A DNA stretch of 63,921 bases, filler included, from Reticulomyxa filosa (lineage: Eukaryota; Protista; Foraminifera), in NCBI GenBank assembly GCA_000512085.1. It is 21 parts of 21 records of this genome, joined end to end, with 100 filler letters (N's around TTAATTAATTAA, not from the genome) between each part and the next. Parts side by side here need not be neighbours in the genome. Positions count along the whole stretch, not along the records: positions 1 to 3,075 come from ASPP01009152.1; positions 3,176 to 4,687 come from ASPP01022172.1; positions 4,788 to 5,972 come from ASPP01009860.1; positions 6,073 to 12,485 come from ASPP01013344.1; 17 more parts are not named here. One strand, 5' to 3'. The translations under genes and the position numbers were made by a program. The first letter of the stretch is position 1; each line of letters begins with the position of its first letter. This document shows, piece after piece, positions 1-12,585 of the stretch. The notes under the pieces were generated by a model that worked only from the letters and a program-made list of their open reading frames with translations, searched no databases and had not been told where the DNA came from.

Positions 1-216
1 CAACAACAACAACAACAACAACAACAACAACGACGAAATACAAAACAGAGCCAATATTTAAACCCTTTCGATCTCATGACTCCTTCAGACTTTGTTTTTT
101 TATTTGATCCCGTGTCAAAAGAAATGTCTCGGTTAATGCGAAACTCGTATACGCGCTTCGCTACTACTACTGCTTATCACAATTATGTGGAGCATGTTAA
201 TTCACTCCATCCTTAA
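1..216 (+). CDS. C-terminal end of an RGS-domain protein (partial), preceded by poly-Q
   Basis: Frame 1 is open from the contig start: QQQ..FVFLFDPVSKEMSRLMRNSYTRFATTTAY..*, matching RGS helices 7-9 (F-D..E...LM..SY.RF). Not in the ORF track because it has no start. Confidence 0.7.
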   Translation, partial: QQQQQQQQQQRRNTKQSQYLNPFDLMTPSDFVFLFDPVSKEMSRLMRNSYTRFATTTAYHNYVEHVNSLHP

Positions 217-854
217 TACCAACCAACTCCTTTTTTTTTTTGAATGACTACAAATAGACGACATTTCTTATTTGTCATTAATTTAACTTGCTTTTGTTTG
301 ACTGATTGTAAAATGGCAGGAAGGTGATTTTTTTTTTAGTTTGATCTTGTTGAAGACATTTCCCTTTCTTTTTGTTTTTTCCCTTGTTTTTTTTGTAATG
401 TAAAAAAAAATTGCGACTTTGATGTACGTAAAATTTTTCTGAATTTTTTTTTTTCCAGGATATATAAAACTTTACATTGTCCCTTTTCGTTTTGGTGTTT
501 TGGTTTTTTTTTTTTTTTTGCATTTTTGTTAAGTAGATGCTCGTGATAATTATACAACATAAAACAAACAAATGAATCAACCTCTACTTTCAACCCAGTT
601 TTTTAATACCCCTTTCGCGTTTCCAAATCCTGACCAATTATGGAATATTCTTTTTTTCTCATCTTAACTCTTTGCAATATCTGCTTCGAATAACAAACAT
701 TGCGTCTTTTTTTTTATCGTTGTTGCTTCTGCAACAGAAAAATTAATTGATAAAGTTTAAAAAAACAAACTCCAAGAATGCTTTCGTTTTCCCCCCTTTT
801 AAAATTGAGAAAATCTGTTTCTTGTAGCGTAATTTGTGCACATTAAAAAAAAAA

Positions 855-1883
855 ATGGCGATATCTGTCAAGGAAGCAAACCCACAAACAGCATCAAGTG
901 TCAATAGAGACTCAATAGAGCCAGTGCATAAAAAGAACACGAAAAAAGGGAAAAAACACGTGTGGAAAATAGAAGACAGTTGTGTGGAGATGTACAATTG
1001 GTTATGCTTAAATAGAAAACTGAGACCAGTATTGCAAAATGGGGTTGACTTTTTATTATCCACCGAAAATAGAAAAAAAATAAAGCTTGAGAACCACAAA
1101 TGGCACAATTTCAAGTTTGGAGTGTATTTACTGGGAAAAAGCATCATATTGACAGCGGACTGCGATATAAACGATAACAACGACTTGGGCCATTTGAAAC
1201 TGAAGACCAGCTATTTATGGATCGAAAACTCGTGTGTAATATCGTGCAGTGGTTTAGGATACCCGTCCGACACAGGACCTGGCAAAGGCGAAAAAAACTC
1301 CGAAGAGCTACGTGCAGGCGGAGGTGCAAGTCATGGATCGAAAGGGAGGTCATTCAACGCTGCGAATGGGAACGGGAAAAATGGTCAATTGTATGGGGAA
1401 GACACGTTGCTGAAGGAGATTCACTTTGGGAGTGGAGGCGGTTGTGCAAAATTCAAATCCTATCAAACCTATTTGAAGGGGGGAAATGGAGGCGGAATCA
1501 TCGAAATTATTGTGCAAAGACAAATCATCAATAAAGGTTGTATTGAATGCGATGGCAAATTAGGACGTTACATGTACTCTAACGAATGTCCTAAACAAAT
1601 TGTATCAGGTGGTGGAAGTGGCGGCTCCATTCTTATCATAGTGCAAGCTCCACATGATGTTTATCAAAAGTTTGGAGTGATTAACTGTACAGGTGGAGGC
1701 AATCATCCGTATCTATGTCAAGTGAACAAAGGCGGAAATGGAAGAATTGCCATTTACACCAGATGTGATCAGTTGCATAGGTCCATCTCCGCTTCTCCAC
1801 CCTATTACTTATCAACTTTAATTCCAAAGGAAGAATTCATTATGAAAAGAGGCGTAGCAGTCTCTTCCAATGAAAAAGTATAA
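855..1883 (+). CDS. Intronless glycine-rich-domain protein
   Basis: ATG at 855; motifs GLGYP..GPG, AGGGASHG, FGSGGG, GGNGGGIIEI, SGGGSGGSILI and GGNGRIAI are typical of polyglycine-II-type glycine-rich domains. Confidence 0.7.
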   Translation: MAISVKEANPQTASSVNRDSIEPVHKKNTKKGKKHVWKIEDSCVEMYNWLCLNRKLRPVLQNGVDFLLSTENRKKIKLENHKWHNFKFGVYLLGKSIILTADCDINDNNDLGHLKLKTSYLWIENSCVISCSGLGYPSDTGPGKGEKNSEELRAGGGASHGSKGRSFNAANGNGKNGQLYGEDTLLKEIHFGSGGGCAKFKSYQTYLKGGNGGGIIEIIVQRQIINKGCIECDGKLGRYMYSNECPKQIVSGGGSGGSILIIVQAPHDVYQKFGVINCTGGGNHPYLCQVNKGGNGRIAIYTRCDQLHRSISASPPYYLSTLIPKEEFIMKRGVAVSSNEKV

Positions 1884-2241
1884 TAACAATGATAATTTAG
1901 TGTTGAAATTGTTTTACGTTTAAAGAGATATTTTTGTGTGAACGTGAAAAAAAAATCATCATTTTTTAGTTTATCATCTGCTCAATTTTTTTTGGCTGTT
2001 CAATAGCCCACAATTACTTAAATTTGCTTTTTCATATTAACCCACCTTGCAAAGATAGAAATTTATTTTTTTTGCATGCAAGAGTCTGCGGAATAAATAA
2101 TGAAAATGTTACAACCAGTTTGTTGTAATAATGGAATATACATAATCTTAGTATGTATTAGATTTGTAATTATAAGTTAAATGAAACAAAGCTTACAAAT
2201 GGATTGCACCGAAAAATGAAAAATGAAAAGAGTGGGAAAAT

Positions 2242-2968
2242 CTAATTAGATGAAAATTTTGGGGTTTGGACTTTGATGTTTGGATCCCGATTGATGTTCT
2301 GGCTGCTGAAAGTGCCATTGATATATTGTTCAAAGAACAAGAAGCCTTGAACAGGACAATAGGTCGGGATAGTGTGGCCACAGCCTTTGACAGTCTGGAA
2401 AGTGATACCCTCATAAATCTTGTAACTGCCGGCGACGTCTTCATCTAACCACCAGTTATTCCAATCGCGAACTACGGGTTGGCCCAAGCATTCGATCCAT
2501 CTTTGTGTTCCCATGAATGGAACTATGAGCAAATAAATACAATGCAATGCAATGCAATAAATAAAACAAAATAATAAGAAAAGAATAAATGATAAAAAAG
2601 ACACAACATAACCAGCAGCGTCGGCATCACCACTGACAACAGTGATTTTCCATTGAGGCGCATTGGCAAAGAATTCGGGATAAATTAAGTTGACATCGGC
2701 CAATTCACTGCCATACTCCCAGCCGGGAGGATGAGAGGGCCATGGCCTGGTATAGTGCGCGCTCGCGTGGATGGCTTCCAACACATCTTTGCGATTCATG
2801 TACATTGGCGTCCAGTTGCTCATGCAAGGGTTGTACACATACGAGCTTTGCAGATTGTATTGCTTTTTCAAGTATCGCATAAATGGGGTGGACTCATACA
2901 TTGCCAGTTCTGAGATGTGGAGATTCTCTAATTCGAGGGTTTCATTGTGGCAAGTCGGTGCATATATG
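2242..2968 (-). CDS. Serine carboxypeptidase (peptidase S10), C-terminal part; exons 2968-2613, 2522-2242
   Basis: IYAPTC, YNPC, SGDADAA|VPFMGTQRWI (restored by splicing 2612-2523), WWLDEDVAG, TVKGCGHTIP (catalytic Asp and His motifs). Confidence 0.9.
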
Positions 2969-3075
2969 CTGTTGTGTGTACAATTTCGTCAAACATTACA
3001 TAATTGCATATATGTATATATATATATGTATTATATGTAGGATTGCAAAGATATTCTTTTTTTTTATTAAAAAAA

Positions 3076-3175
3076 NNNNNNNNNNNNNNNNNNNNNNNNN
3101 NNNNNNNNNNNNNNNNNNNTTAATTAATTAANNNNNNNNNNNNNNNNNNNNNNNNNNNNNNNNNNNNNNNNNNNN
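3076..3175. other. Artificial contig-joining spacer N44-TTAATTAATTAA-N44 (first of 20; others start at 4688, 5973, 12486, 14189, 17038, 24731, 26201, 32646, 34976, 37335, 40126, 41307, 43577, 44679, 46834, 52879, 58430, 59531, 61246)
   Basis: Identical 100-nt blocks whose core gives stops in all six frames. Confidence 0.98.
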
Positions 3176-3199
3176 ATGTTGTTACTTTTTGTAACAAAT

Positions 3200-4620
3200 G
3201 TGCAATAGCATTAGCTTCTCATTGCGCACCAAATTAAATCGTGGAATAAAGCATTGATACCCAAATATTGGCAAGCACAATACCAGTCCAATGGATTAAA
3301 ACAATTGACAAAAAAGTAAAAGAGAACCTGGACTGTATTTCGTTATTACCATCATAAATATCACTGGCGTTACGCTTGACATCGTCACAACAATCAAAAA
3401 TCTTCCATTGATAATGCACTATGTGAAAGTAGTCCATGAATAGGAGTGCACAAAGCCTCCACTTGCAGATGTGAATAGCCATTTTATAACGAAAGTAAAG
3501 TTGACATAATGTTTTTTTTTACTTTTTAAAACAAATCCAACGCGGTATCCTCAAAATATTCTTTTTATTCTTTATCATCATCCCCTTACACTATCTTCAT
3601 TCTCTTGTTTGCTTGTGATATTGGCTTGGAATTTCGCAAAAATCATTCATCAAATTGAGCCACGATATCGGAAGAATAGTCTCATGTGAGAGTGGCTCAC
3701 TCGACTACTATGTGTGATTGTGTATTCTCTACAACGTCCTCTTCTTCGTCTTGCATTTCTTCGGCCAATCCAGTCGCTGCTGTCGTTGTGATACCCGCAA
3801 TATTGATATCGTTTCGTTTTCATTTTGCGCGATATTATCACGCCTTTTTTCTTCTTGACAAACTTGACTTCGTAGTCGAACAGCGCCAAGATCCAGATCG
3901 TCGGCGATTAAACTGTGAGAATTTTTTTCAATGGTTACAATGGCATACCAAATTCATTCGTTCTCGTCGCCCTTTTGATAGGAGACATACTTTGGCCTTG
4001 GATAATGGTCGTTGCTGGAAATTTCTCGCATCCGTTGCCATGCGTCCATTCAACAATTTTTGGATTGACGATACATGATGGAGGGTACCATTTGTATTTT
4101 CTTTTTCATTTTTGACTTACTATTCTTTATTGCTTTCTTGAGTGCCATCCAACACGTCGCCCGTGATCAATATCCGATCCTGGATGTAGTTCGGTAAAGA
4201 TAATAGGTGTTTGTCCCACAAACGCAAGACAAACAACTCTTGCAGTGATGGATTCAGAAAATACAATAAGTTCTCTATATTCACCAATTATCAATGATCA
4301 ATGTCGCCTGCAAGCTTACCATTACTCCCATCGGTACGTGCATGTTTCAAAATCCAAAATTTGCGCGTGTGCGCACGCACACAACCAGCTTCGATTGTTG
4401 TTATAAGTTTATAAAATTAGTGTGCCATTTCCATTACGACCAATTTTCCATTATTCGTTGGCGCCAGTAGATTGCAATTTGACACAATCTTTGCGGATAA
4501 TTGCTGGGCGTAGCACAGCGCCAGAGACTTGTGTCTGTTTACGTTGGATGATAAACAAGTTCTTTGCAATACTTCGGGCTACCACTGCCATATTCGTTCA
4601 ACACTTTCCACTGGGGGGAG
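3200..4620 (-). pseudogene. Decayed coding sequence of unknown family
   Basis: GC-richer, codon-like sequence broken by stops and frameshifts; FTFLSIVLIHWTGIV (~3280-3325) loosely resembles a stretch at ~23865. Confidence 0.35.
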
Positions 4621-4787
4621 GGGGCGGCTATGGTAAGTTAGTCTACGGCCGCGAGTGGCGATTTTGCGTAAAGAGCAAACAAATAAANNNNNNNNNNNNN
4701 NNNNNNNNNNNNNNNNNNNNNNNNNNNNNNNTTAATTAATTAANNNNNNNNNNNNNNNNNNNNNNNNNNNNNNNNNNNNNNNNNNNN

Positions 4788-5886
4788 AAAAAATTATGAA
4801 ATTGAGTGAATTCGATAAGAGCTTTTTTTTTTGTTTGTTTATTTGTTTGTTAAAAAAAAAATAGACTATTTTTTTTTGTTAAAAAAAATAGACTTTTTTT
4901 TTTTGTTAAAAAAAAATAGACTTTTTTTTTGTTAAAAAAAAAAAAATAGACTTTTTGTTAATGTCCTTAAAAAAAAAAAAAGTCTTTGTTTACCAAGCAA
5001 GTTTTCATAAGAAAATTCTTGAAATAAATGATTCATAAACAACTCCAATCCATTCTTTGTACTTAAAATGTCTCGAAGATTTAATATTTTATTACCGGCT
5101 TGATTCTTATTTTTAAATTCTTTTTGTCTGATCTCTTCTCGTTTTTTCATTGTCTCATATCTAGCAAGGAGTAAAGATGTATGATCATGATGTCCAATAG
5201 AATCGCGATATTGTTTAATAAATGTTAATAAATGATTCCATTTCAATACGCCATATGTACTTATCATTATTGCGAAAAGGCATAATATACTAATCACAAG
5301 ACCCAATGCTGCTAAATATCCAAACCACGATAAACGTGTATAACTTTGATCTGTTGCTACGCATACAACATACATTATATATGCAAGAAGTGTGAATGAT
5401 CCGGTATATAATATCCAATTTATTTCACGTTTTAAAAATATTGTGTCCACGTATGATGGCATTTTAAACCTATTGTATACACATATATACATACACACAC
5501 TTACAAATGTACATATTTTATATATACGTGGATACGTATATACGTATATGCGTATATAAAAATATGTACACGCATAAACATTTCAATGCAACGATATTAC
5601 AAACCAAAGTCTAGAAACGATAATTAAACAAATAGCAGCTGTTATAGTTCTAAAAACATATTTTGGCCAAATTGACATGACCGTAAATTCTAATATAAGT
5701 CCGCAAATACCTTCAAACATGAACTGTGGAATAACTACTCTTGATATCAACCATCTTTCATTGCCAAGAGTTTGTTTATATTTTTCAAAAAAATTCGATG
5801 ATCTATATAATTTAACTTGATGTTTATTAATGTAGCTAATCCATCTTCCATGTGATAAATATTGACTTTGTTTTAAATGATAATAT
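4788..5886 (-). CDS. Multi-pass membrane protein fused to an RGS domain (7TM-RGS-like, partial); exons 5886-5593, 5469-4994, 4821-4788
   Basis: Several hydrophobic helices, then DTIFLKREI, further TMs, then LRDILSTKNGLELFMNHLFQEFSYENLL|ALIEFTQF (RGS helices 2-4; splicing restores ENLLA). Confidence 0.85.
4849..4961. repeat. Four tandem ~28-nt units GTT-A(n)-TAGAC-T(n) inside an intron
   Basis: Directly visible; each unit is an A-run/T-run self-complementary hairpin. Confidence 0.85.
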
Positions 5887-5936
5887 CTATTCATAAAATA
5901 AAAAAAAGGAGTCCATTTGTACTTTTTTATTAAATA

Positions 5937-5972
<36 letters not shown>

Positions 5973-6102
5973 NNNNNNNNNNNNNNNNNNNNNNNNNNNN
6001 NNNNNNNNNNNNNNNNTTAATTAATTAANNNNNNNNNNNNNNNNNNNNNNNNNNNNNNNNNNNNNNNNNNNNCATATGTGTGCATATGTGTATATCGAAA
6101 AG

Positions 6103-7039
6103 ATGGAGTGGAATCACCGAAACACATTTGGAACACGTTTCCAAAACAGTAAACGATGTTTACAATGATCTCAGCAAATGGATATGCCAAAGCACATATA
6201 TAGTCGGACATGGACTCGAAAATGACTTGAAAGCGTTGCAAGTGATCCATGAAAATGTTTTGGATACCTCATTGTTGTTTCCCAATGGAAATAAGGGAAA
6301 ATACAAGTTAAAACACTTGGCCTTCCGATATTTGAAACGAAACATCCAGCAACACGACCATGGCCACAATCCTCAAGAAGATGCCCTAGCGGCATTAGAT
6401 TTGGTTCAACTCCGATTACAAAAGGGGCCAAATATACTGCAAAATACTCCCGATAGATTTTCTATTTTTTCATTCTTGGGACATTTTCAAAAGAAATCCA
6501 TGTTGATCGGGCCAGAACATCTTGTTCGGATAATTAGGGCTGGATGTAAGTCCAGAATTTCCTGTGAGTCCAATGAAGCGGCTTTTCAAGCGTGTCTCCA
6601 GCATCTATCACAAGACGCTCCCGAAAACAACGCTCATCTCTTGTGGATATATTTGCAAAATGAATACAAACAATCTGAATCCACGTCATCCAATGCATTG
6701 AAATCTTTGGCTGATCACTTGTTGCAATTGTATCACGCTGCGACCGAAAATACAGCATTTGTGATTGTTGGTGGAAACAAAGACTTGCGAAAATTAAAAA
6801 AGTTAAACCACTTTCACCGTCATTTTCAATTGCAAATGTTTGTTGTACCCTTTTTAAAATGAAAACAATTCTTTGTTATGTTTTTTCTCAGATTAGAAAA
6901 AATGGAAGTTAATTCCCTGCAAGGTAAGGCCACCATCAGCGAAGGAGCACAGCGTAGACTTCGGAATGAGCTTAAAAAAGAAAATCTTAACGCTAATCTA
7001 TTTCCTTTTTGGGTTAGTGTCAAAAACTCTAACGTGTGA
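6103..7039 (+). CDS. DEDDh RNA exonuclease, REXO1/Rex1-like (partial); intron 6802-6891
   Basis: WSGIT, IVGHGLENDLKAL, VLDTSLLFP, KLKHLA..YL, GHNPQEDALAALDLV. Confidence 0.9.
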
Positions 7040-7316
7040 GGAAAATATCATTGCATTGGTTTATATTTTTTATAGTTACAAGAAGCAATTTTGTTTTTCC
7101 TTCCAAACCCTTCTTCAAAAACTTTATCTTTCTAAACCATAAAAAAAAAGTTTTGTAATGCATCGGTCTGGCCCTTGATCACTATGTCAATTTTAGCTTT
7201 TTCAATTTCTTGGAATATTATTTGTATTTCCGGAAAGAAAAAAAAAGTCCAATTCAGTCACCATAAAAGCTAAGCAGAACTGGGGGGGGGAAGGAAATTA
7301 CATAAAACCGTTGGTT

Positions 7317-9776
7317 TTACACCGAAATCGAGCCTTGTCGAAAATCAGAGGTCCCGATATGTGCATTAATAACATAGGGAGCTCTAGATTTTTTGACATA
7401 CTCTTTAGCACGAGCAAGAGCTTGATCTAACTCGTCGTTGTTGGTAACAACTTCTCCAGAGCCTCCAAAGCCTTGTGAAACAAGCTCATATGGACAATAA
7501 GACAATGAACAAGCGACATTATCACCTAATTTGGGCACTTGTTCTCGTTCGATTTGACTCCAGCAAGCGTCGTTTCCAATGACAGCAATGACACCAATTC
7601 CAAACTTTCGAAAAGTGTCAATTTCAGCCAGTCCATAGCCGCTGCTTCCATCTCCCCAAATGAGCCAAATTTCGGCATCAGGATTGGCCAGTTTGGCACC
7701 CAAAGCGAACCCCGCGCCAACACCTAAGGTGCCAAAGGGTCCAGGATCCATCCATCGTAAAGGTCCTCGAGGTCTGAGAACATAAGCAGCAGTGGCGGCA
7801 AAGTCTCCACCATCAACAATGATAATGCTATCATCGCTCATGAGCTCATCAATTTTGCGACATAAGAACAAGGGGTTGATAAGTTCCTTGCTTTTGACCC
7901 CCCACAAGTCGCTGCGCGAAAAGGAGATTTCCTTTGACTTTTCAAGGTTGAGATTTTCTTTTTTGATTTCGGCGTGTTTCAATTGCGTGACAAAGGACGC
8001 AATGACCCCCTCTTTCTGTTTGGTATAGTCTTGCAACAGCTTTGGCTGCGAATGGATGAAAGCCACGCAATCACAAATGGTCTGACAAGGGTCGCTTTGA
8101 ACGGCCAGATAAGGTTTCCAAAACAAGTCGGTGTTGTTTGTCAAATCGAAATAGCTGCGATTGATGGCAATGATTTTGGACTTTTTGGAAAACGAGCGTC
8201 CATAATCAAAGCGAAAGTCGACCATGCAACCGAGCAAAATAACACAATCGCACTCTTTCAAAGCCTGGTTTCGATTTTGTCGCACTTGATAGCGACTGTC
8301 TTTTCCGGTCAATCCACGGGCCATGCCACTTAAAAAAGTAGGAATGGATAAGAAATCCACAGCGTCTTTCAACGCATCCTTGTCTTTGGCATTCAGCAAC
8401 GCTTGACTTCCCACAATGAGGACCGGCTTTTTGGCTTGCACCAATACCGATACAATCTTCTTCACGTCCGACTGTCTGGCCTTTGCTTGTCTCACCGCCA
8501 ACGGACTGTAGTCGCACTTCGTGTCAAACGCCCCTGCAAACAAGTACTGCACCTGGTACGATAAGTACGCGTTCACTACCCAAGGCAAGCGCTTCGGGCG
8601 GTCGAAAAAGATTGGAAAATGGTCCGTCTTTTTGCTCTTTTGCATAAACTCGATATACTTTGAGGCGCTTTTCGTCTTGTGCTCCTCCACAAACTCTTCT
8701 GGCACCACCAATGTACCATCCGTCAAATCTTCTGATGTGTTCAATGTTTTCAATGACTTTACTTCACCAAGTCCCATTGCCGCTTTCACCTTTTTTTTTT
8801 TTAATATTTTTTTTTTTTTAAACCTCTTTTTTTGTTAAGTGTAATACAAAAAAAAAAAAAAAAAAATTTTGCAAAAGTCCACCTCTCCAATGCATACAAG
8901 CAATCAATTGGAATTTCCACAAACACAGGCCCGGGGACCCCGCTCATCGCTTCGTAAAATGCCCTTTTTAACACTTTTGGAATGTCTCGCAAGTTTTCGA
9001 CGCTGGCGTGATACTTCACTATTGATCTTAATATATCGATCTTTTTTTGTTTTCGATTGGGTGTTGTTAGTGTCATTCTCTTTTTTTTTTTTTTTTTGGT
9101 GTGAAATGCCCCCTCCTCTTCTCAAACGGTATACCCAAACACACCAGTTGCAATAGACAAAACAAATTAGTTAGTTGTTAATTCACTTGTTCAACGTCTT
9201 GCAGAGATCCTCTGCCTTTCAGCACTGTCGCTGCAGCTCCACCAATCAAAAGGAGTGGGCTTTGGGCCATTTGTGCATTTTTCATTGCCGTTATTGTATT
9301 TGTTACTCCCGGTCCTTATCATTATTATTATTATTTTTTTTTTGCACCCAATCAAAATCTTTGGAATTTTCTTTAAACACGCACATATTATACCAAAAAA
9401 AAAAAATTCAATGCCCTCCCCCCACTTCTCCTGAACCTGCGGTAACCACGGCCACCCCACAAGTCCCGGTCAATCGTGATATCGCGTCTGCTGCAAACAC
9501 TGCAGTTGCCTCGTTTCGCACGTCGATTACTTTAATTCCAATCTTTTTGGCTGACACCAATATTGGGCTTATGTGTCCTCCGACAAGTGTAAAAAGCCAT
9601 TCCACATTGTGACTTTTCAACACTTTCGCCACCAACTCTCCACCTGTTCGATCTGTTGGCCTTGTCTTCAAGCGAAACGGTGCACTATACTTTGCAATCG
9701 ACGGACTTGCTAACAATAAAGCACTCACTGTCGCTAACAATCCAGCCCATTTCCAATCAATCACTATTTCCTTCAT
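7317..9776 (-). CDS. ILVBL: Acetolactate-synthase-like / 2-hydroxyacyl-CoA lyase 2 (ThDP enzyme); exons 9776-9437, 9314-9187, 9040-8883, 8789-7317
   Basis: N-terminal hydrophobic segment, [36 protein letters not shown]|[62 protein letters not shown]. Exon 3/4 phase needs one extra base near 8885. Confidence 0.92.
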
Positions 9777-11389
9777 TTTTTTTAAATTTAGCTTTGACCC
9801 CCTTCGTCAACCTTTTACAACTTTCTCCAGTTATCCTCTTTTCATTTTTTTAATGAAATGTCATATCGAAGATGACTTTTCTATTATTGCTTCTTTGAGA
9901 AAAAATACAAAATTCAGTTTCGAATTATTTTTGCACATCAAAGAAAAAGAAGTACGACTGGTAGTTTGCCTTTAAAACAATAAAAAAATAATAAATAACC
10001 ACACATTAATACTAGTACAATTTTCAATGAAAGATTATGAAAATGCATTGCTATGTCACAAAAATAATAATTTCATTTTTAAAAAGGATTGTGAAAATAT
10101 CTGTTTCTACATATCTTTAAGATTATGGCCCACCTCCAACTGTGGCGCACTTTTGCAGGCAATTACTTCGTTTGTGTTGAACCAAAAACCGGGGCATGGG
10201 AACATAAAACCGAAGAAGGCAAAACTATTGCTACTTGAAAGAAATTTCGAAGTTAGACTTTATTGTTCACGCAAAAGTAAACAGGTAGTGAGCTTTTTAA
10301 CGACAAAAAATTCTTCCAAGGGATGACTGCGATTTGATGGCCTGGGAAAAAGTTCTCCTTGATGAAAAAAACAAAGAGCTAGTAAAATTGGACAAGAGGC
10401 GATGCCGGGTCGCTCCAATGGATAGCAAATCTTTGACAACGGCTAACTTTCTTGTCTTGCCAACAAAGTGGACCGTGAAATGGGAGGGAATGTGGGATTC
10501 AGAAATATAACTTCGTTGCTTCCAAAGTGCTCATCAAATTGTCTTTTATAATCCTTTGATCATAATTTTTGAAAAGTTTGTGAAATAATGTATGTTTTAC
10601 AGTTTCAATAAAACCCAAATTATTTTAACTGTCTAAAGTAAATTAAAATTGTGGGGCAATTATTTTTAACCAAAAATTAGTAAGATTTAATCACCAAAGC
10701 AAAACTTGTCTGATAAACATCAACGTGCTATGTTTTTATTTTTTTAATTTGAAATTAGCATTTAATTTCTGGATACTTAGGTGCAAAAAGGGCAAGCTGT
10801 TTCTTTCTGGAAAGCTTTGGACCCTTTTACTGTTGCCTTAATCTGCAATGTATCGTAACTAGCTGTTACATCAACAGCCGGCTCACTACTTTGAAGCGTT
10901 GCCAGATTTACCACAATATTTTCTAACACCACGTTGTACTTTCTTCAACGCTGAACTCCTTGTTTGCTATAAGAAAAAATTATGATTTTTAAAAGTATAA
11001 TAATAAGGTAGAAAAATATACTTCAATTAGGGAATTGTTTTTCTTTATTGTTGTTTTAATTTAAATGATTTAATTTAAAAGATTTCATTTAAAAGATTTC
11101 ATTAATGTCAATTACTGTTTTGCAAACATGTAAAAAAAATGCATACACCAGTTCTCACATTTTCAATTGTATCTTTCGTACATCTATCTACTGAAATAAT
11201 GATATTCACTCGCTTCATGTGAAGCAGAATTATGGTATGGCTATAATTATTCTTAACTTTTTTCAAAAAAGCTTTAAGAATGATAACTGAGGAACAAGTG
11301 AACAGGAATTATCACGTTTAAAAAAGCTATAAAAAAAAAAAATCATAACCTTTAAGATTGATAATCAAATCTCAAAGGAAAAAAAAAAG

Positions 11390-12485
11390 ATGAACACAGA
11401 AGAGGACGAAAAAAACAAAGAAAAAGTAAATACTGGAGTGGCTCCAGTTTTCTCTGACAAGTCGTGTTTTAACAAAGACTGGATACTTCAGTCAAATAAA
11501 AAAGAACAAATTAATTATTTCACTTGTTTGATTTGCAAGCAAGTTGCAAATTATCCACTTGAAATTACTTGTCATGAACACAAAAATATGGACGAATTAT
11601 TGATCGTTGGGAAGCGTTGCTTGCAACAATTTCTCGAGAAGAATAATAACACTTGTCCAATCCAAACTCATGATGGTTGTCAGTATCGTGACATAAAGCA
11701 GTTGCTGCAAATCAACAATTTAACTGTGATATGTCCACATCAATTCCAGCTAGATTTGGAGACCCCTGGAACTGGTGAAGAAGGAACAGAAGAAAAAACA
11801 TTAATAAAGCCAGCATGTAATTTCAAAGGGGATATGAAAGAGCTAATTGAACATTTACATAATTCCTGTCCATTGAAACTGTTTGCATGTTGGTTCCGTT
11901 TTTTTGGATGTGATCACTCATGTATGAAGGAATTGTTGGAGGAACATCTGACTTTAGAGAAGAAATATCATTTTGATTTGGTTATCAAACATGCTGAATC
12001 ATTGCAACAAAAAATCCAATATTCTCAAGTTTGTTATCTTGTCTCTCAGATTTACAAAGTAATAACAAACGAATAACATCTATATGTCATGAAAATAGGA
12101 AGAGTCAATGAAATTGCAAGTCGAAAATCAAACATTAAAGTTAGAAACAGAATTAAAAGTTGACAAATTGAATAAAGAAATCCATTCAAAAAATGATGAA
12201 ATGCAACAATTGAAAGATGATATAAAATTGCAATTGTTGAAGAAAAATCAAGAACAAATCCAACTTCAATCACTGAAGATTGATTCCATTAAAAAAGAAA
12301 AACAAAATAACGAACTAACAGAATTATTGAAAGAAAAGGACAAACAAATCGATCAATTGAAAGAACAAAGCAAAAACAATGACAACAACCTATTCAAAGG
12401 ATATCACAATAATTGCAACATCTATTTGATATTTTTAGTTGTAGCTATCATTTTGCCATTATATAATGCAATTCCTGTTCGTTGG
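11390..12485 (+). CDS. RING-like/TRAF-type zinc finger plus coiled-coil protein (3' truncated); intron 12029-12098
   Basis: CLICKQVA..C..H..CLQQFL..CPI..H..C, VICP, CNFKG..L.EHL.NSCPL..C.F..FGC.H, then a K/E/Q coiled coil. Confidence 0.75.
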
Positions 12486-12585
12486 NNNNNNNNNNNNNNN
12501 NNNNNNNNNNNNNNNNNNNNNNNNNNNNNTTAATTAATTAANNNNNNNNNNNNNNNNNNNNNNNNNNNNNNNNNNNNNNNNNNNN

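Noticed and set aside
3076-3175. Regularly recurring TTAATTAATTAA palindrome as a biological repeat, CRISPR or IES signal
   Set aside because: Always centred in an identical N44 pad; it is a synthetic six-frame-stop linker. ORFs ending XXX-LIN are artefacts.
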